Assembly (NCBI RefSeq): GCF_030028105.1
Contig: NC_092379.1
Location: 26,281,821 to 26,345,820, forward strand
Direction of reading: 5' to 3'
Source: Mobula birostris
Lineage: Eukaryota
DNA length: 64,000 nucleotides
Shown here: one piece after another, positions 39,715-51,860 of the stretch
How positions within the stretch are numbered: the stretch's first letter is position 1
Layout: every line of letters starts with the position of its first letter
Notes under the pieces: generated by a model
Database searches by the model: none
Told to the model about the DNA's origin: nothing
What the model saw: the letters and a program-made list of their open reading frames with translations, nothing else
Made by a program: the position numbers and the translations under genes

Positions 39715-42700
39715 ACAGACAATAGGTGCATAAGTAGGCCATTCGGCAGTTTGAGCCTGCACCGCCATTCACTGTGATCATGGCTGATCATCCACAATCA
39801 GTACCTCGTTCCTGCCTTCTCCGTATATCCCTTGACTCCGCTATCATTGACAGCGCTATCTAGCTCTTTCTTGAAAGCATCCAGAGAATTGGCCTCCACT
39901 GCCTTCTGAAGCAGAGCATTCCACAGATCCAGAACTCTCTGGGTGAAAAGATTTTTCTTTTTTTTTCCCACAACGTCGTTTTAAATGGCATTCCCCTTGT
40001 TCTGAAATGGTGGCCTCTGGTTCTGGTCTCCGCCAACATCGAAAGCATGTTTCCTGCGTCTTGCGTCTAATCCGTTAATAATATTATATGTTTCAATCCG
40101 ATCTCCTCTCATCCTTCTAAATTCCAGTGTATACAAGCCCAGACGTTCCAGTCTTTCAACATATGACAGTCCCGCCATCCCGGGAGTTAACCTCGTGAAC
40201 ATATGCTGCACTCCCTGAATAGCAATGAAGTCCTTCCGAGAGTTTGGAGACCAAATCTATACACAATGCTCCTGGTGTGGTCTCACCAAGACCCTGTAAA
40301 ACTGCAGCCGGACCTCTTTGCTCCTATACTCAACTCCCCTTGTTCTGAAGACAAACATGCCATTAGCTTTCATCACTGCCTGCCGGACCTGCATGCTTAC
40401 TTTCACTGACTGATGCATAAGAACACCTAAATCTCGATTTACTTCCCTTTTTCCTACGTTGACACCATTTAAATAGTAATCTGTCTTCCCGTCCTTGCCA
40501 CCAACGTGGATAACCTCACATTTATCCACAATAAACTGCATCTGCCATGCATTTGCCCACTCATCCAACCTGTCCAAGTCGTCCTGCTTTATCATAGCAT
40601 CCTCTGCACAATGCATACTGTCACCAAGCTTTGTGAAATCTGCAAATTTGCTAATGTTACTTCTAATCCTTTCACATAAATCATTAATGTGTATAGTATA
40701 TTGCTGCGCTCCCAGAATTGAGCCTTGTGGTACCCAACTAGTCACCGCCTGCCATTCTGAAAGGGACCCGTTAATCCCTACATTGTGTTTCCTCTCTGCC
40801 AACCAATTTTCTATCCATGTCAGTACCCTACCCCCAATGCCATGTGTTCTAATGTTGCCCACTAATCTCCTATGTGGGACCTTATCAGAGGTTTCTGAAA
40901 GTCTACTTCTTTAAGTACCCTGTGGTGCAGACCATCAGGCCCTAGGGATTTATCGGCCTTCAGTGTCATCAGTCTGTCCAACACCATTTCCTGCCCAACG
41001 TGATCTCCTTCAGTTTCTCCGTTACCCTAGGTCCTCTGGCCACTATTAGATCCCTAGTGAAGACAGATCCAAACTACCTGCTCAACTCGGCTGCCACTTC
41101 CTTGTTTCCCATAATAAACTCAACCGTTTGTGTCTTCAAGTGCCCAACTTTGGTCTTATCGTTTTTTTTTTTTTTCCCTCTTCACATACCTAAAGAAGCT
41201 TTTACTATTCTCCTAGATATTCTTCGCTAACTTGCCTTCGTGCTCATCTTTTCTCTCCGGATTGCCTTTTTAGTTATCCTCTGTTACTCTTTAAAAGCAC
41301 CCCAATCCTCTGGCTTCCCGCTCATCCGTGCTATGTTATATTTCATTTTTTTAATATTTTTTCACTGCCATTGACTTCCCTTGTCACCCACAGTCGCCCG
41401 TTACTCCCCTTAGAATGTTTCTTCTTCTTTGGGATGAACTGATCTTGCACCTTCAGTATTGTTCCCAGAAATACCTGTTATTGTTGTTCCACTGTCATCT
41501 CTGCTAAGGTATCTTTCCAGACAACTTTGGCGAGCTCCTCCCTCATGGCTCCATCGTCCCCTTTGCTCTACTGACAATTCCAATTTTCCCTTCTCCCTCT
41601 CAAATTGTAGATTAAAACTTATCATATTATGGTCACTACCTCTGAATGGCTCCTTTACCTGGAGTTCCTTCCTCAAATCTGGTTCATTACACAACACTGA
41701 CTCAAGATTAACCTTCTTCCTAGTAGGTTCCAGTACAAGCTGCTCTCAGAATCTATCTTGGAGGCACTCCACAAACTCCCTTCCTTGGAATCAAGTACCA
41801 ACATGATTTTCCCAGTCTTCCTGCATGTTTAAATCTCCCATAACAACCGTAACATTAACTTTGTGACATGCCAATTTTAAGTCTTGATTCAACTTGCACC
41901 CTATATTCAGACTACAGTTTGAGGTCTGTAGATAACTCCTATTAGGGTCCTTTACCCTTGCATTTTCTCAGCTCTATCCATTTTGAATCTATATCTCCTG
42001 ATTCTATATCGCCCTTCGCAAGGGACTGAATTTCATTCCTCACCAACAGAGCCACTCCATTTCCTCTGCCCACCTGTCTGTCCTTTCGGTAGGATGCATA
42101 TCCCTGATATTCATTTCGCAGCCCTGGTCCTCATGCAGCCATGTCTCTGTTATTCGAACAACGTCATACTTGCCATTTCCCAACTGAGCTACAAGATCAT
42201 CCACTTTATTTCTTATACTTCGTGCATTCATATATAATACTTTTAACCCATTACACCCCTCACCTTTCAGATCAATTGCTATTGCACTTGGCCATACTCT
42301 CCGATCCCTTCCTGAACTTCCTGACCCGTTATTTCTGTTGTTTTTCTTAACTTCCCTTATTCTTTCTTTCCTTTTAACTCCGTCCTTATATTTCCTCTCA
42401 CCCCCCTCCACCACCCCCGCCACCTCGCTACTTAGTTCAAACACACCCGTGTAGCAGTGGCAAACCTGACTGGCAGAATGATGGTCCCTCGCCTGTTAAG
42501 GTGCAACACAATTCTTTTGTAAAATTCAGCCTTACCCCAAAACAGATCCCAGTGATCTAAAAATCTAAATCCCTGCTTCCTCGCACCAGCTCCTGAGCTG
42601 CATTTCAGATACCGTACCTCCCTGTTTCTGGCCTCACCAGCACGAGGAACCGGAAGCAAACCGGAGATAATCGCCCTGGAGTTCCTGCTTTTCAGCATTC

Positions 42701-43160
42701 TTCCGAGTTCTGTGAAGTAACGCTGCAGAATGTCTTTCCTCCTCTTCCCGACATAATTTGTGCCGACATGCACTACCATTTCCGGCTGAGCACCTTCACA
42801 CTAAATCAGTTTACCTGTCATTTCTTCACCACCTCTCATCCTCTCAAAGTCTGGCGTAGTCTCTTCCCTCAGCCTCCTCGCTGAAGACACTCGAGCAAAA
42901 GACTCGCATTTTTCCCACAAGGCACTTCCCTCGACAGGGCCGCTCACCGACAGGCCGCTCCCCTAGAGCAAACCTTGCTCATATTGACTGCGAAATTCAC
43001 TAATTCGTTTCACTTGCCGCACCTTTGCCCATCTTGCCGACCGTGTTGCAGACTGGTCCCGATCCGTTTTTAAATCACCTGCTCCTGAAAAGAGCAGAAA
43101 AAAAGACTCCCAAGGGCCAATCCCCGTATTTACTCCTTCACTTGCCGCACCTTTGCCGAC
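39715..43160 (-). mobile_element. Near-full-length CR1 with ORF1 esterase, endonuclease and RT (internal deletion)
   Basis: ORF1 VVHVGTN...AIISGLLPVPRA...FLDHWDLF...LHLN (42432-42779), endonuclease LYMNARSIRNKVDDL...ITETWL (42040-42444), RT VPQGSILG...ISKFADFTKLG (40257-40862), 3' tail at ~39720. Confidence 0.92.
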
Positions 43161-43499
43161 TTTGAAGAAATATAACCAGAAGTCATGTCTTAAGAGTGAA
43201 ACGTCAAAAGTTTCAAGGAAACATGAGAGGGAACCTCTTCAGTAAGAAGTAGTAAGATTTTCTGATAAACTGCCAGCATGCATGAGACATGTAAACCCGA
43301 TTGCAAAGCTAAGCAAATTGTGGATAATGACATGTAGGGCTATGGTTCGGGTTCAGGTCGCAAGGACGAAGCAGTTTCTGACTCTGTGACTTTACACGGT
43401 TTATAATTCCAAGGCCATGTGACATATGCCATTAAACCTAACATGCACCTGGCCACTTCTCGTTTTTAAAAGAGGGACATTTGTGTCAGAATATGGTTT

Positions 43500-43839
43500 C
43501 TAGATTTCAGTTCGGTATTCAACACTATTGTCCCACGGACCTTTACCATAATAACTCTAGTGCTCGTTCTAAGTATACTACTGCCAAGTTATACAAAACG
43601 ATGCTGCATTTCCTAATCAACAAACTACAGCTAGACATAATGCACGACGTTTCACCGTCTCCAGCATCTTTTAACATGGGTGCCACCCAGCATTGTTTGC
43701 GGACTCCACTGTTGTACTCTTGGTTCACAAACGACCACACTCCAAAAAAAAAAAGAAAAATATTGCCAAGTACGTCGAAGACACGGCAGTGGTGAAACTC
43801 ATCACCAAACACTATCAGACGGCCTACAGAGATGAGGTG
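43500..43839 (+). mobile_element. Rex1/Babar-like LINE RT, left part (interrupted by Gmr1-like copy 2)
   Basis: IAKYVEDTAVVKLIT...QTAYRDEV, matching KFADDTAVVGLI..DE.AYR.EV, ends exactly at the LTR. Confidence 0.7.
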
Positions 43840-46800
43840 TGTTACGTAAATGGCAGCAATGAATATCGATCGGGACAGGTTAGATAAAAACAACCAAGCA
43901 TTTATTAAACACGGATAAACGATAAGGAAAAAAAAGAACGAAAACTTTAACAGGAAGGTAACCGATATTCAGCCGTTCAACAAATCAACACTCGGCACTC
44001 GTTCTTAAAGCGTTAAATGCGAAAAGAGTTCTTGAAGCGATAAAGTCACATATAGTCCTTAAAGGGATAAATTCGAAAGTCCGACAGATCTATACGTTCA
44101 ATTGGGGAGAGACTTCTCTGGAGAAGGATTTCTTCACAGACGCGACTTTCCTGCTGGTTCTGTCCACAGAGTCCACGTGGAGGTAAATAAACATTTTAAA
44201 ACAACTGACCTTAATTTTTTTTTTTTTTTAGAGAGAAAGAGAGAGCAAACCGTTGCATGAACTCCTTGCTATTTTTGGCAAGATTTATCCTTAATTCAGG
44301 TTGCTACTCTACTCCGCCAACGAAGACTCAACAAGTCGATGCTTTGAGTTAAACTGCTAAATGATGCCGACTCCTCTCGATCCCTCGATCCTGCACTTCG
44401 ATAAATTCTTCACTCTCCCTTCTACTGTTGTAATTGAGGAAATCAACACATCTAGCCAAAAATTTCCAGTCCAATAATATGGCATCTTGCAATAGAATGC
44501 AAAACAGTTTTAAAAATGAAACTGCGCCACAAAAACACACACGCAGCAGAAACGGAGATACAAGATGTTCTACCTGGAAATCTACAAACTAAAAAAACGA
44601 CTGTGTCATCTGGGTCGACCCATGTACAGTAATGGCGCACATGTAATCACGTGACCTCGCATCGGAGGGAAAATCACATCAGGTGATCACCAAAACACCA
44701 TTACATCATTCTCACAAAAAAAAAATCTCCTTGAGCATGTAACACGTCCTTCCAAAAAAAAGGTTTCTTAAAGAACAACATTTTAACAATTTATACATAA
44801 AAATCAAATGTTTAAAATTTACAAAATACACCATGCATACAATCTTATCTTTCAGCCCTTTACAAACTAATTTACAGTAGGAGTGTTGCAAACGTTAGAA
44901 TAACACTCCAAAAAAAAAAAACAAATTTTCAATGTACATTTAACATCTAGACAAACAATCAGTAATCACATTGTCTTTACCCTTAATATGAGTGATCAAA
45001 ATATTGTACTCCTATAACATTAGACTATATTATTAAACTGGAGTCTAATTTCCATAACCCTTTTCCTTAACAGTCACAGTGCATTACCAAATTCACTCTT
45101 AGCTAAGTTAATAGTTAAGTTAGCTTTTGAAAGTCTCTCAATTAGTTTCTCCACCGCAGTAATATGTGCTTTCCATGTACTATTCCCTGGAACCAAATCA
45201 TCAATTTAGACATCTGTATCTTTTAATCCCTGAATTACGCTATGAATCATCCTCTGAAAAGTACCTAGTTCATTCTTCATCCCAAATGGAAGAACATTAT
45301 ATTCATATAACCCAGATGGGTTTACAAATGCTGAAATCTCTCTACATCTATCCATGAATGGAACACACCAATAGCCTATTCACAAATCGTTTTTGTAAGG
45401 AATTTGACCTGTCCAAATTTATCCACACAATCATCTACCCCAGGGATTGAATATGCATTAGTTTTTGTCACAGTATTCACATTCCTGTAATCCGTACAAA
45501 ACCTATTACTATTGGCTGGTTTAGGCACCATAACATAAGTTGAACTCCAATTCGAATTGGTATGTCTAATAATATCATTCTCTAACATATGTTAAATTTC
45601 TTGTTTTGGAAGTTCACATTTTCCCTTGTTCAATCGATACGGATGTTGTTTTATGGGTTTTGCGTCACTAACATCTACATCATGTGTAGCTACAGTGGTT
45701 CTTCTAGGGACGTCTGGAAATGAATCTCTATACTTAAAAAAAATAATTGTTTCATCTGTTCTCTCTGCTCTGGTTGTAAATGAGCTAATTTTGTCATCAA
45801 TATTTTCCAGAATTTTTAAATTAGGTAAACTAGATGAAATAATGTTGGGTTTAAAATGAGATTCAGACGAATCCTCCAGTACGTTTTCATCAAGATAAGA
45901 CTCATTATCGATCACAACAGTCAAAGTAGCAATTTCTCTCTCATAATGCTGTTTTATCATATTTATATGGCACATCTGTGTTGTCTTTCTCGGATCTGGC
46001 ATCTTACCAGATAATCTACATCATTTACCTTAGATTTAATCTCATAAAGACCATGGAATTTGGTTTGTAATTGGTTCGTTGGCACTGGGAAAAGAACCAA
46101 CACCTTATCTCCAGGCTTAAATAACCTCATCCTAGCTTTCCTTGCCATATCACGTCTTCAACTTCTCTTGAGTTAACTTTAAATTTTCCTTGTCCAAGCT
46201 ACAAGCGTTATACAATCTTCCTTTAAATTTAGAAACATAATCTAGCAAATTAGTGTGTATTTCTTTATTAATCCACTGTTCCTTCAACAAGGCCAAAGGT
46301 TCTCGAACTCTATGCCCAAACACAAGTTCAAAAGGACTGAAACATAATGATTCCTGTTCTGCCTCCCTTACTGCAAAAAGTAGTAAATGTATACCTTCAT
46401 CCCAGTCATTTTCATTGTCTACACGATATGTCCTAAACATAGTTTTTAGTGTAGAAGGAAATCTCTTCAAGGCTCCTTGTGATTCTGGATGATAGGCTGA
46501 GAAAATAAACTGTTTTGCTCCCAGTGTAAAACTATCTGCTGAAACAACGCAGACATAAAATTACTACCTTGACCTGATTGTATTTCCTTAGGCAACGCAA
46601 AATACGTAAACAATGTTATAAGAGCCTTTGTCACAGTTTGAGCTGTTATATTCCTAAGAAGTACTGCCTCTGGAAACCTAGATGCTGTGCACATAGGAGT
46701 TAATAAGTATTGATGTCCAGTTTTAGTTTTTGGCAATGGATCTATACAGTCTACAATGATTTTTCAGAACAGCTCACCAAATACAGGATGTGGTTGCAGT

Positions 46801-49800
46801 GGGGCCACTGGAGTAAGCTGATTAGGTTTACCAACAATTTGACACGTATGACACGTTCTACAAAATGTCGCCACATCTTGACTTAAACTAGGCCAATAAA
46901 AATGTTTAGAAACTTTGTTCATGGTTTTCTTTACACATAAATGACCACCAAAAGGAATATTATGAGCCATAGTCAAAATCTCATTTCGGTAAATTTTAGG
47001 AACAACTACCTGATGATTACCTTCCCATTCTTCCCTAGCAGGAATTGTAGGCGATCTCCAGTTTCGCATTAATACCCCCTTTTCAAAATAATATCCAGCT
47101 GGTACTTTTCTTTTAATTTCACAAGCTGGAAGAGCATGCTCTTTTAATTTAACAATCTCAGGATCTCTACCCTGCTCTACTATCATCTCTTTCCGAGATA
47201 AAGACAAATCTTCCTGATCAGACTTACCACCAAAATTCTGACAAATAATGTAGGTAAGAATGTTTCTGATACACCGTCATAATACGAATCTGGATTTGTA
47301 CTGTCATGGGTAACAACCTTATCCTTTGCATCAGTCTTTTTTTAGCCATAGTCCTTGTTACAACACCGGAAAAATCTGTGTTCGAATCCCTCTGTGGTTC
47401 CTCAGTATTTGAAGTTATTGTCATATGCACTTCAGGAAAAACATGTCCACCTGCTAAATAATTCCCTAACAAAATCGAAACATCATTCACAGGTAAACTA
47501 GTTTGTAATCTGACTTTAACAACCCCTATAACTAACCATCAACTTAAATTTACTCTATGTAAATGTACTGGCATAAAGGCACTCCCTACTCCTCTTATAT
47601 AATTTACTTAATCCATGTAAGACTCATCACTAAACCTTAGCACACTGTCTAATATTAGTGATTGCAAAGCTCCAGTATCTCTAAGTATTCTTATTGATGC
47701 TGAATTGGATCCTTCTTTCAAGGATACAAATCCTTTTTGTTATAAAAGCTTCATATCCTTTCTTAACTTGGTCAGACTCTGACACATCTTCATTAATATT
47801 TTCCAAACCCCGTGGCTTTACAGTTTTTTGAATATGCTGCACGCGAGCATCTGGGACCACTTCTTACTCTTTCCGTTTCAATCGAAAGAAATTAGCTACT
47901 CCATGTCCATGTTTCTTACAGTAATTACAAATAATAGCAAAATATCTTTCCTTCACATCCTTACTTTTCTCACTAACTTCAGATTTAATTTTTGGTTTAC
48001 CTTGACTCTCTGTGCTGTTTTACCTTTTAAAAATTTTACCTGGAGAAAACTTATTCTTGTGAATTAAAACATACGCATCAGCCACTTTCGCAATCTCCTG
48101 CAATGTAGGAGTTTCCCAAACATTTGAGTATGTTCTACCTTCAACAGGAATGCCTCTTTTAAATTCCTCCTGCAAAATCAGCATTTTTTAAAAAATTATT
48201 ATACTGCCCACTCATATTTTTTAGAGGGAACCCATCTCTTAAAACACACAAATTTCTCATAGGCAAATTCCGCATAAGTTTTTTTCCACCGATTTATTCA
48301 AACTTCTGAGTCTTTCTCTATACACTTCCGGAACCCTCTCATATCTTTTAATATGTGCTGCTTAACAATATCATAATCCAGTGTTTGCTCTGCATTTAAA
48401 ACTGTATAAACGTGTTGTGCCTTGCCTTTAATTATACTTTGTAACATCACTGGCCATTGTTCTTTCTGCCGCTTTAAACTCAGAGCAACTATTTCGAAAT
48501 GTTGGAAATATGTGTCCACATTAGCTTCATTAAACAGAGGAACCAAAATAATCTCACGACTAGCAATAAACTGTTTCGGCGAAACAGAAGACTGATTCCC
48601 AGACCATATTTTCTCCATCTCTGGCTCAAATTTCCTCTGGTTTTCAGCCTCCCTTTCTTTCATTTCCATTTTAAATCTTTCAAACTTTAACTGTTCAAGA
48701 TGCAACTGCATTTCCAGATTACTCATTGGAAACATATCTATCACCTCAGCACCAAACAATTCCAAATTAATATTATGTTCGGAAATGTTTCTTTTATGAA
48801 AGTCTTGGTAGAATTTATCGTAATTCCTTGAATATCCAACTTCCTAGCAATCTCCAATATCTCAGGTTTTCTCGCATTCTCTAAAGATCCCGAGTCAGGC
48901 GTCTCCAAAAGGGCGCCGTATCCATTGTTGCCGAATACAACTCACACACCAATCAACCCCCCAAAAAATCGGATATTAACCTTTTTTTTTTCGAAATCAA
49001 AATGTCAATTACCAGCACCTAAACTCAAAATCAGAACATTTCCTGGCCGAGCCCCCACTGATTATGTTACGTAAACGGCAACAATGAATATCAATCGAGA
49101 CAGGTTATATAAAAACAGCCAAACATTTATTAAACACGGATAAACGATGAGGGAAAAAAAGAACGGAAACTTTAACCAGAAGTTAACCGATATGCAGCTG
49201 TTCAACAAATCAACACTCAGCACTCGTTCTTAAAGCGTTAAATGCGAAAACTGTTCTTAAAGCAATACAGTCAGTCATAGCCCTTAAAGCGATAAACTCG
49301 AAAGTCCAACAGATCTATACATTCAATTGGGGAATTACTTCTCTAGAGAAGGATTTCTTCATAGACGCGACTTTCCTGCTGGTTCTGTCCACAGAATCCA
49401 CGTGAGGTAAATAAACAGTTTAAAACAACTGACCTTAAATTCATTTAGAGAGAGAGAGAGCAATCCGTTGCATGAACTCCTTGCTATTTTTGGCACGAGT
49501 TATCCTTAATGCAGGTTGCTACTCCACCAACGAAGACTCAATAAGGTCGATCCTTTGTTGTCCTGCCAAACGATGCCGACTCCTGTCGATCTCTCGATCC
49601 TGCACTTCGATAAATTCCTCACTCTCCCTTCTACTGTTGGAATTGAGGAAATCAACACATCTATCCAAAAATTTCCATTCCAATAATATGATGTCTTGCA
49701 ATAGAACGCACAACCTTTTAAAAATGAAACTGCGTCACAAAAAAACAAACACGCAACAGAAACCGAGATACAGCACGTTCTACCTGGAAATCTAGAAACT

Positions 49801-50001
49801 AAATACCTGCTGCGTCATCTGGGTCGGCCCTTATATAGTCATAGTGCACATGTCATCACGTGACCTCACATAGGCGGGAAAATCACATCAGATGAGCTCC
49901 AAAAGACTATTACATCATTCAGGCAAATAAACAAATAAATAAATAAACAAACAGATAAATAAATAAATAAAGCAACAACAGATCTTCTTGAGCATATAAC
50001 A
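43840..50001 (-). mobile_element. Gmr1-like gypsy LTR retrotransposon, copy 2, with both LTRs (43840-44744 and 49065-50001)
   Basis: Direct repeats start TGTTACGTAAA and end GAGCAT(G/A)TAACA. Flanks GGTG and GATG form a 4-bp TSD with one mismatch. Internal order is gag (48298-48765), protease ILRDTG (~47680), integrase (AHNIPFGGHL..C..CHTC, core, FKPGDKVLVL), then RT (KQHPYR, RFCTDYRNVN). Confidence 0.93.
49040..49057 (-). promoter_or_regulatory. Primer-binding site, tRNA-Pro type
   Basis: Minus strand reads TGGGGGCTCGGCCAGGAA just inside the 5' LTR, versus the tRNA-Pro complement TGGGGGCTCGTCCGGGAT. Confidence 0.75.
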
Positions 50002-50590
50002 GATGCAAGAGCCTTCAACTGGGATCCATGAATATAATGTATTCATAATAGTCACCAAAGCAAAGCAGATGATGATTGATTTTGGGCAACACGGACTACT
50101 CACACCATTGTGTGCGTTAGCACTGCAGCCGTGGAAACTGCGAGCAGTTTAAGTCGCCGGGGCGCATATCTCTCGTGGTCCCAGAACAAACCTTAAACAA
50201 CCAGGAACGGGTAATAGCGCCTATTTTTTTTTCTTCGTCTTCTTAAGGGACAGCAGAGAGCTGGATTATGCATATTTATACTCGCATCTATCTACCGACG
50301 CTTATGTGGAGAATAACCTAACTTGCCTCAACACTGACTGGCCCAGAGACAACCTCGCAGCGAAAAGGGAGACTTTTTAGTGGTTAATCAAAACTTTCCA
50401 TTCATAACCAGCTCCAATTTACACGCCAACAAGGACATATTTACAGAATAATACCCGGAAACAGCCAGTGGTATCATGAAGGAAACCACTCACCCAGCTC
50501 GTGAACCATTTGATACTCTCCCTGCAGGGTGGAGGCCAGGCAGCCTCCAAATCGGCATCGACATCCTCCAAAATACTTACCTTCGCCAAG
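50002..50590 (+). mobile_element. Rex1/Babar-like LINE, right part
   Basis: Continues with TKAKQMMIDF (KTKE.IVDF), VETASS, and later IMKETTHPA..PF..LPAG (K...HP...F..LPSG). Confidence 0.65.
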
Positions 50591-50875
50591 GCAAATCAGG
50601 ATGGAAAACACAGATAGAGCTCAATTGCGGTGGTGGGGGCAGCGGGGAGGTGGGGGTGGAGAGAGAGAGTTAGTGTAGGACGAAAATTACTTGAGATTGT
50701 TGGCTGAAAATGCTGCGGCTGCTGAAGCTAGGTACAAATTAATTGGTAGCGGGAGAAAGGAAAGCGAGAGAGATGGAGATAAATCAACAGAGGGAGTTGA
50801 GAAAGAAAGAGAGAGAGCTCAACGGGGAGATCAGAAGATAGAAAAAAAAGAGAGAGAACATCAGAGCAGTGGGGG

Positions 50876-50877
<2 letters not shown>

Positions 50878-50935
<58 letters not shown>
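50878..50935. repeat. (GA)n microsatellite in a purine-rich tract
   Basis: Read directly. Confidence 0.95.
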
Positions 50936-50937
<2 letters not shown>

Positions 50938-51368
50938 AACCAAGCAAGGCTGACACTCCTTTCTGCAGCAAAAGCTCAGCGGATAATAAACCTGGAAAAC
51001 ATCCATCAGATGTTTCTCTATGTCCATGCGTTCCCAAGCAAGTATACGAATATACGTATTTTATCTATCTATCTCTTACTACACACACACACACACACAC
51101 ACAGCCGAGTGATTGCGTTCTGAATGTTAGCGGTCATATTCCTCTTGGCGTGTTAACGTACATCTCACAAATTAAATGAGATGGCAGGGTCTCAGGATCT
51201 CACTGCAACATTGGAAAGAGCGGTGCGGTTACACCATTACAAAGTCTTCACAGACGAAGGCGAGGGAAACTGCAACATGTACTCTTTGTGGCGTGAAACC
51301 ACAATCAGAAACAGATTGTTCAAACGTATCTAGCTGCAGCGATAAAAGTATGTATTCTACAGTAAGTG

Positions 51369-51407
51369 ACTCTTTGTACGACGAGTTAACTGGAATACAT
51401 CACTGTG
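51369..51407 (-). other. Recombination signal sequence, 23-bp spacer
   Basis: Consensus heptamer CACAGTG (51407-51401), 23-nt spacer ATGTATTCCAGTTAACTCGTCGT, nonamer ACAAAGAGT (51377-51369), directly after the V2 exon. Confidence 0.92.
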
Positions 51408-51860
51408 CGGCTTAGGGCACAGTAATAAACTGCAGAGTCGCTCAGTTGCAGCTTTGAAACGGTGACGGTGAACTTTTTTTCTTCCTTCTCCAGAGAGATT
51501 TTGAAGCGTCTTTTCGCAAATTCGGCAATATCGTCTCCTCCACCAGAACCTTTGTACAGTATGTACTCGAAGCTTTGTTCTGGCCTTTGTCGGTACAAAT
51601 ATAAGTAATAGCTGCCCCATGTAGTATCATAGGTGTAGTTAAAAGTCACAGACTCTTCTTCTGCTGTTTTCACTTCTGGTGGCATTGTGTGAGTGACAGA
51701 GTTTCCATGACTCGTATCTAAAAAGTAATGTCAAAACATGAAATGTTATATTGAGTTTTTTTTTTTCAGAATTCAGTTTCGAGATGTCTTTTGAATTGTC
51801 TGCTGCGTACAAACCAGTTAACCAGGCTCCGTACACAATCCAGATGACGAATATCCACAT
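51408..51860 (-). CDS. T-cell receptor alpha/delta-type V segment (V2), open reading frame but non-canonical Ig fold; leader exon 51860-51815, intron 51814-51718, V exon 51717-51408
   Basis: Leader MWIFVIWIVYGAWLT(D) with a GT donor, 97-nt GT-AG intron, then exon TSHG-NSVTHTMPPEVKTAEEESVTFNYTYDTTWGSYYLYLYRQRPEQSFEYILYKGSGGGDDIAEFAKRRFKISLEKEEKKFTVTVSKLQLSDSAVYYCALS. The ILYKG, RF and LQLSDSAVYYCAL motifs are typical of TRAV/DV. First Cys reads TAC (Tyr, 51637-51635) and the conserved Trp reads TTG (Leu, 51598-51596). Confidence 0.92.

Noticed and set aside
50691-51179. 162-aa ORF with ER repeats; likewise the Leu/Ser-rich ORFs at 53277-53971
   Set aside because: These are translations of (GA)n and (CT)n low-complexity DNA.
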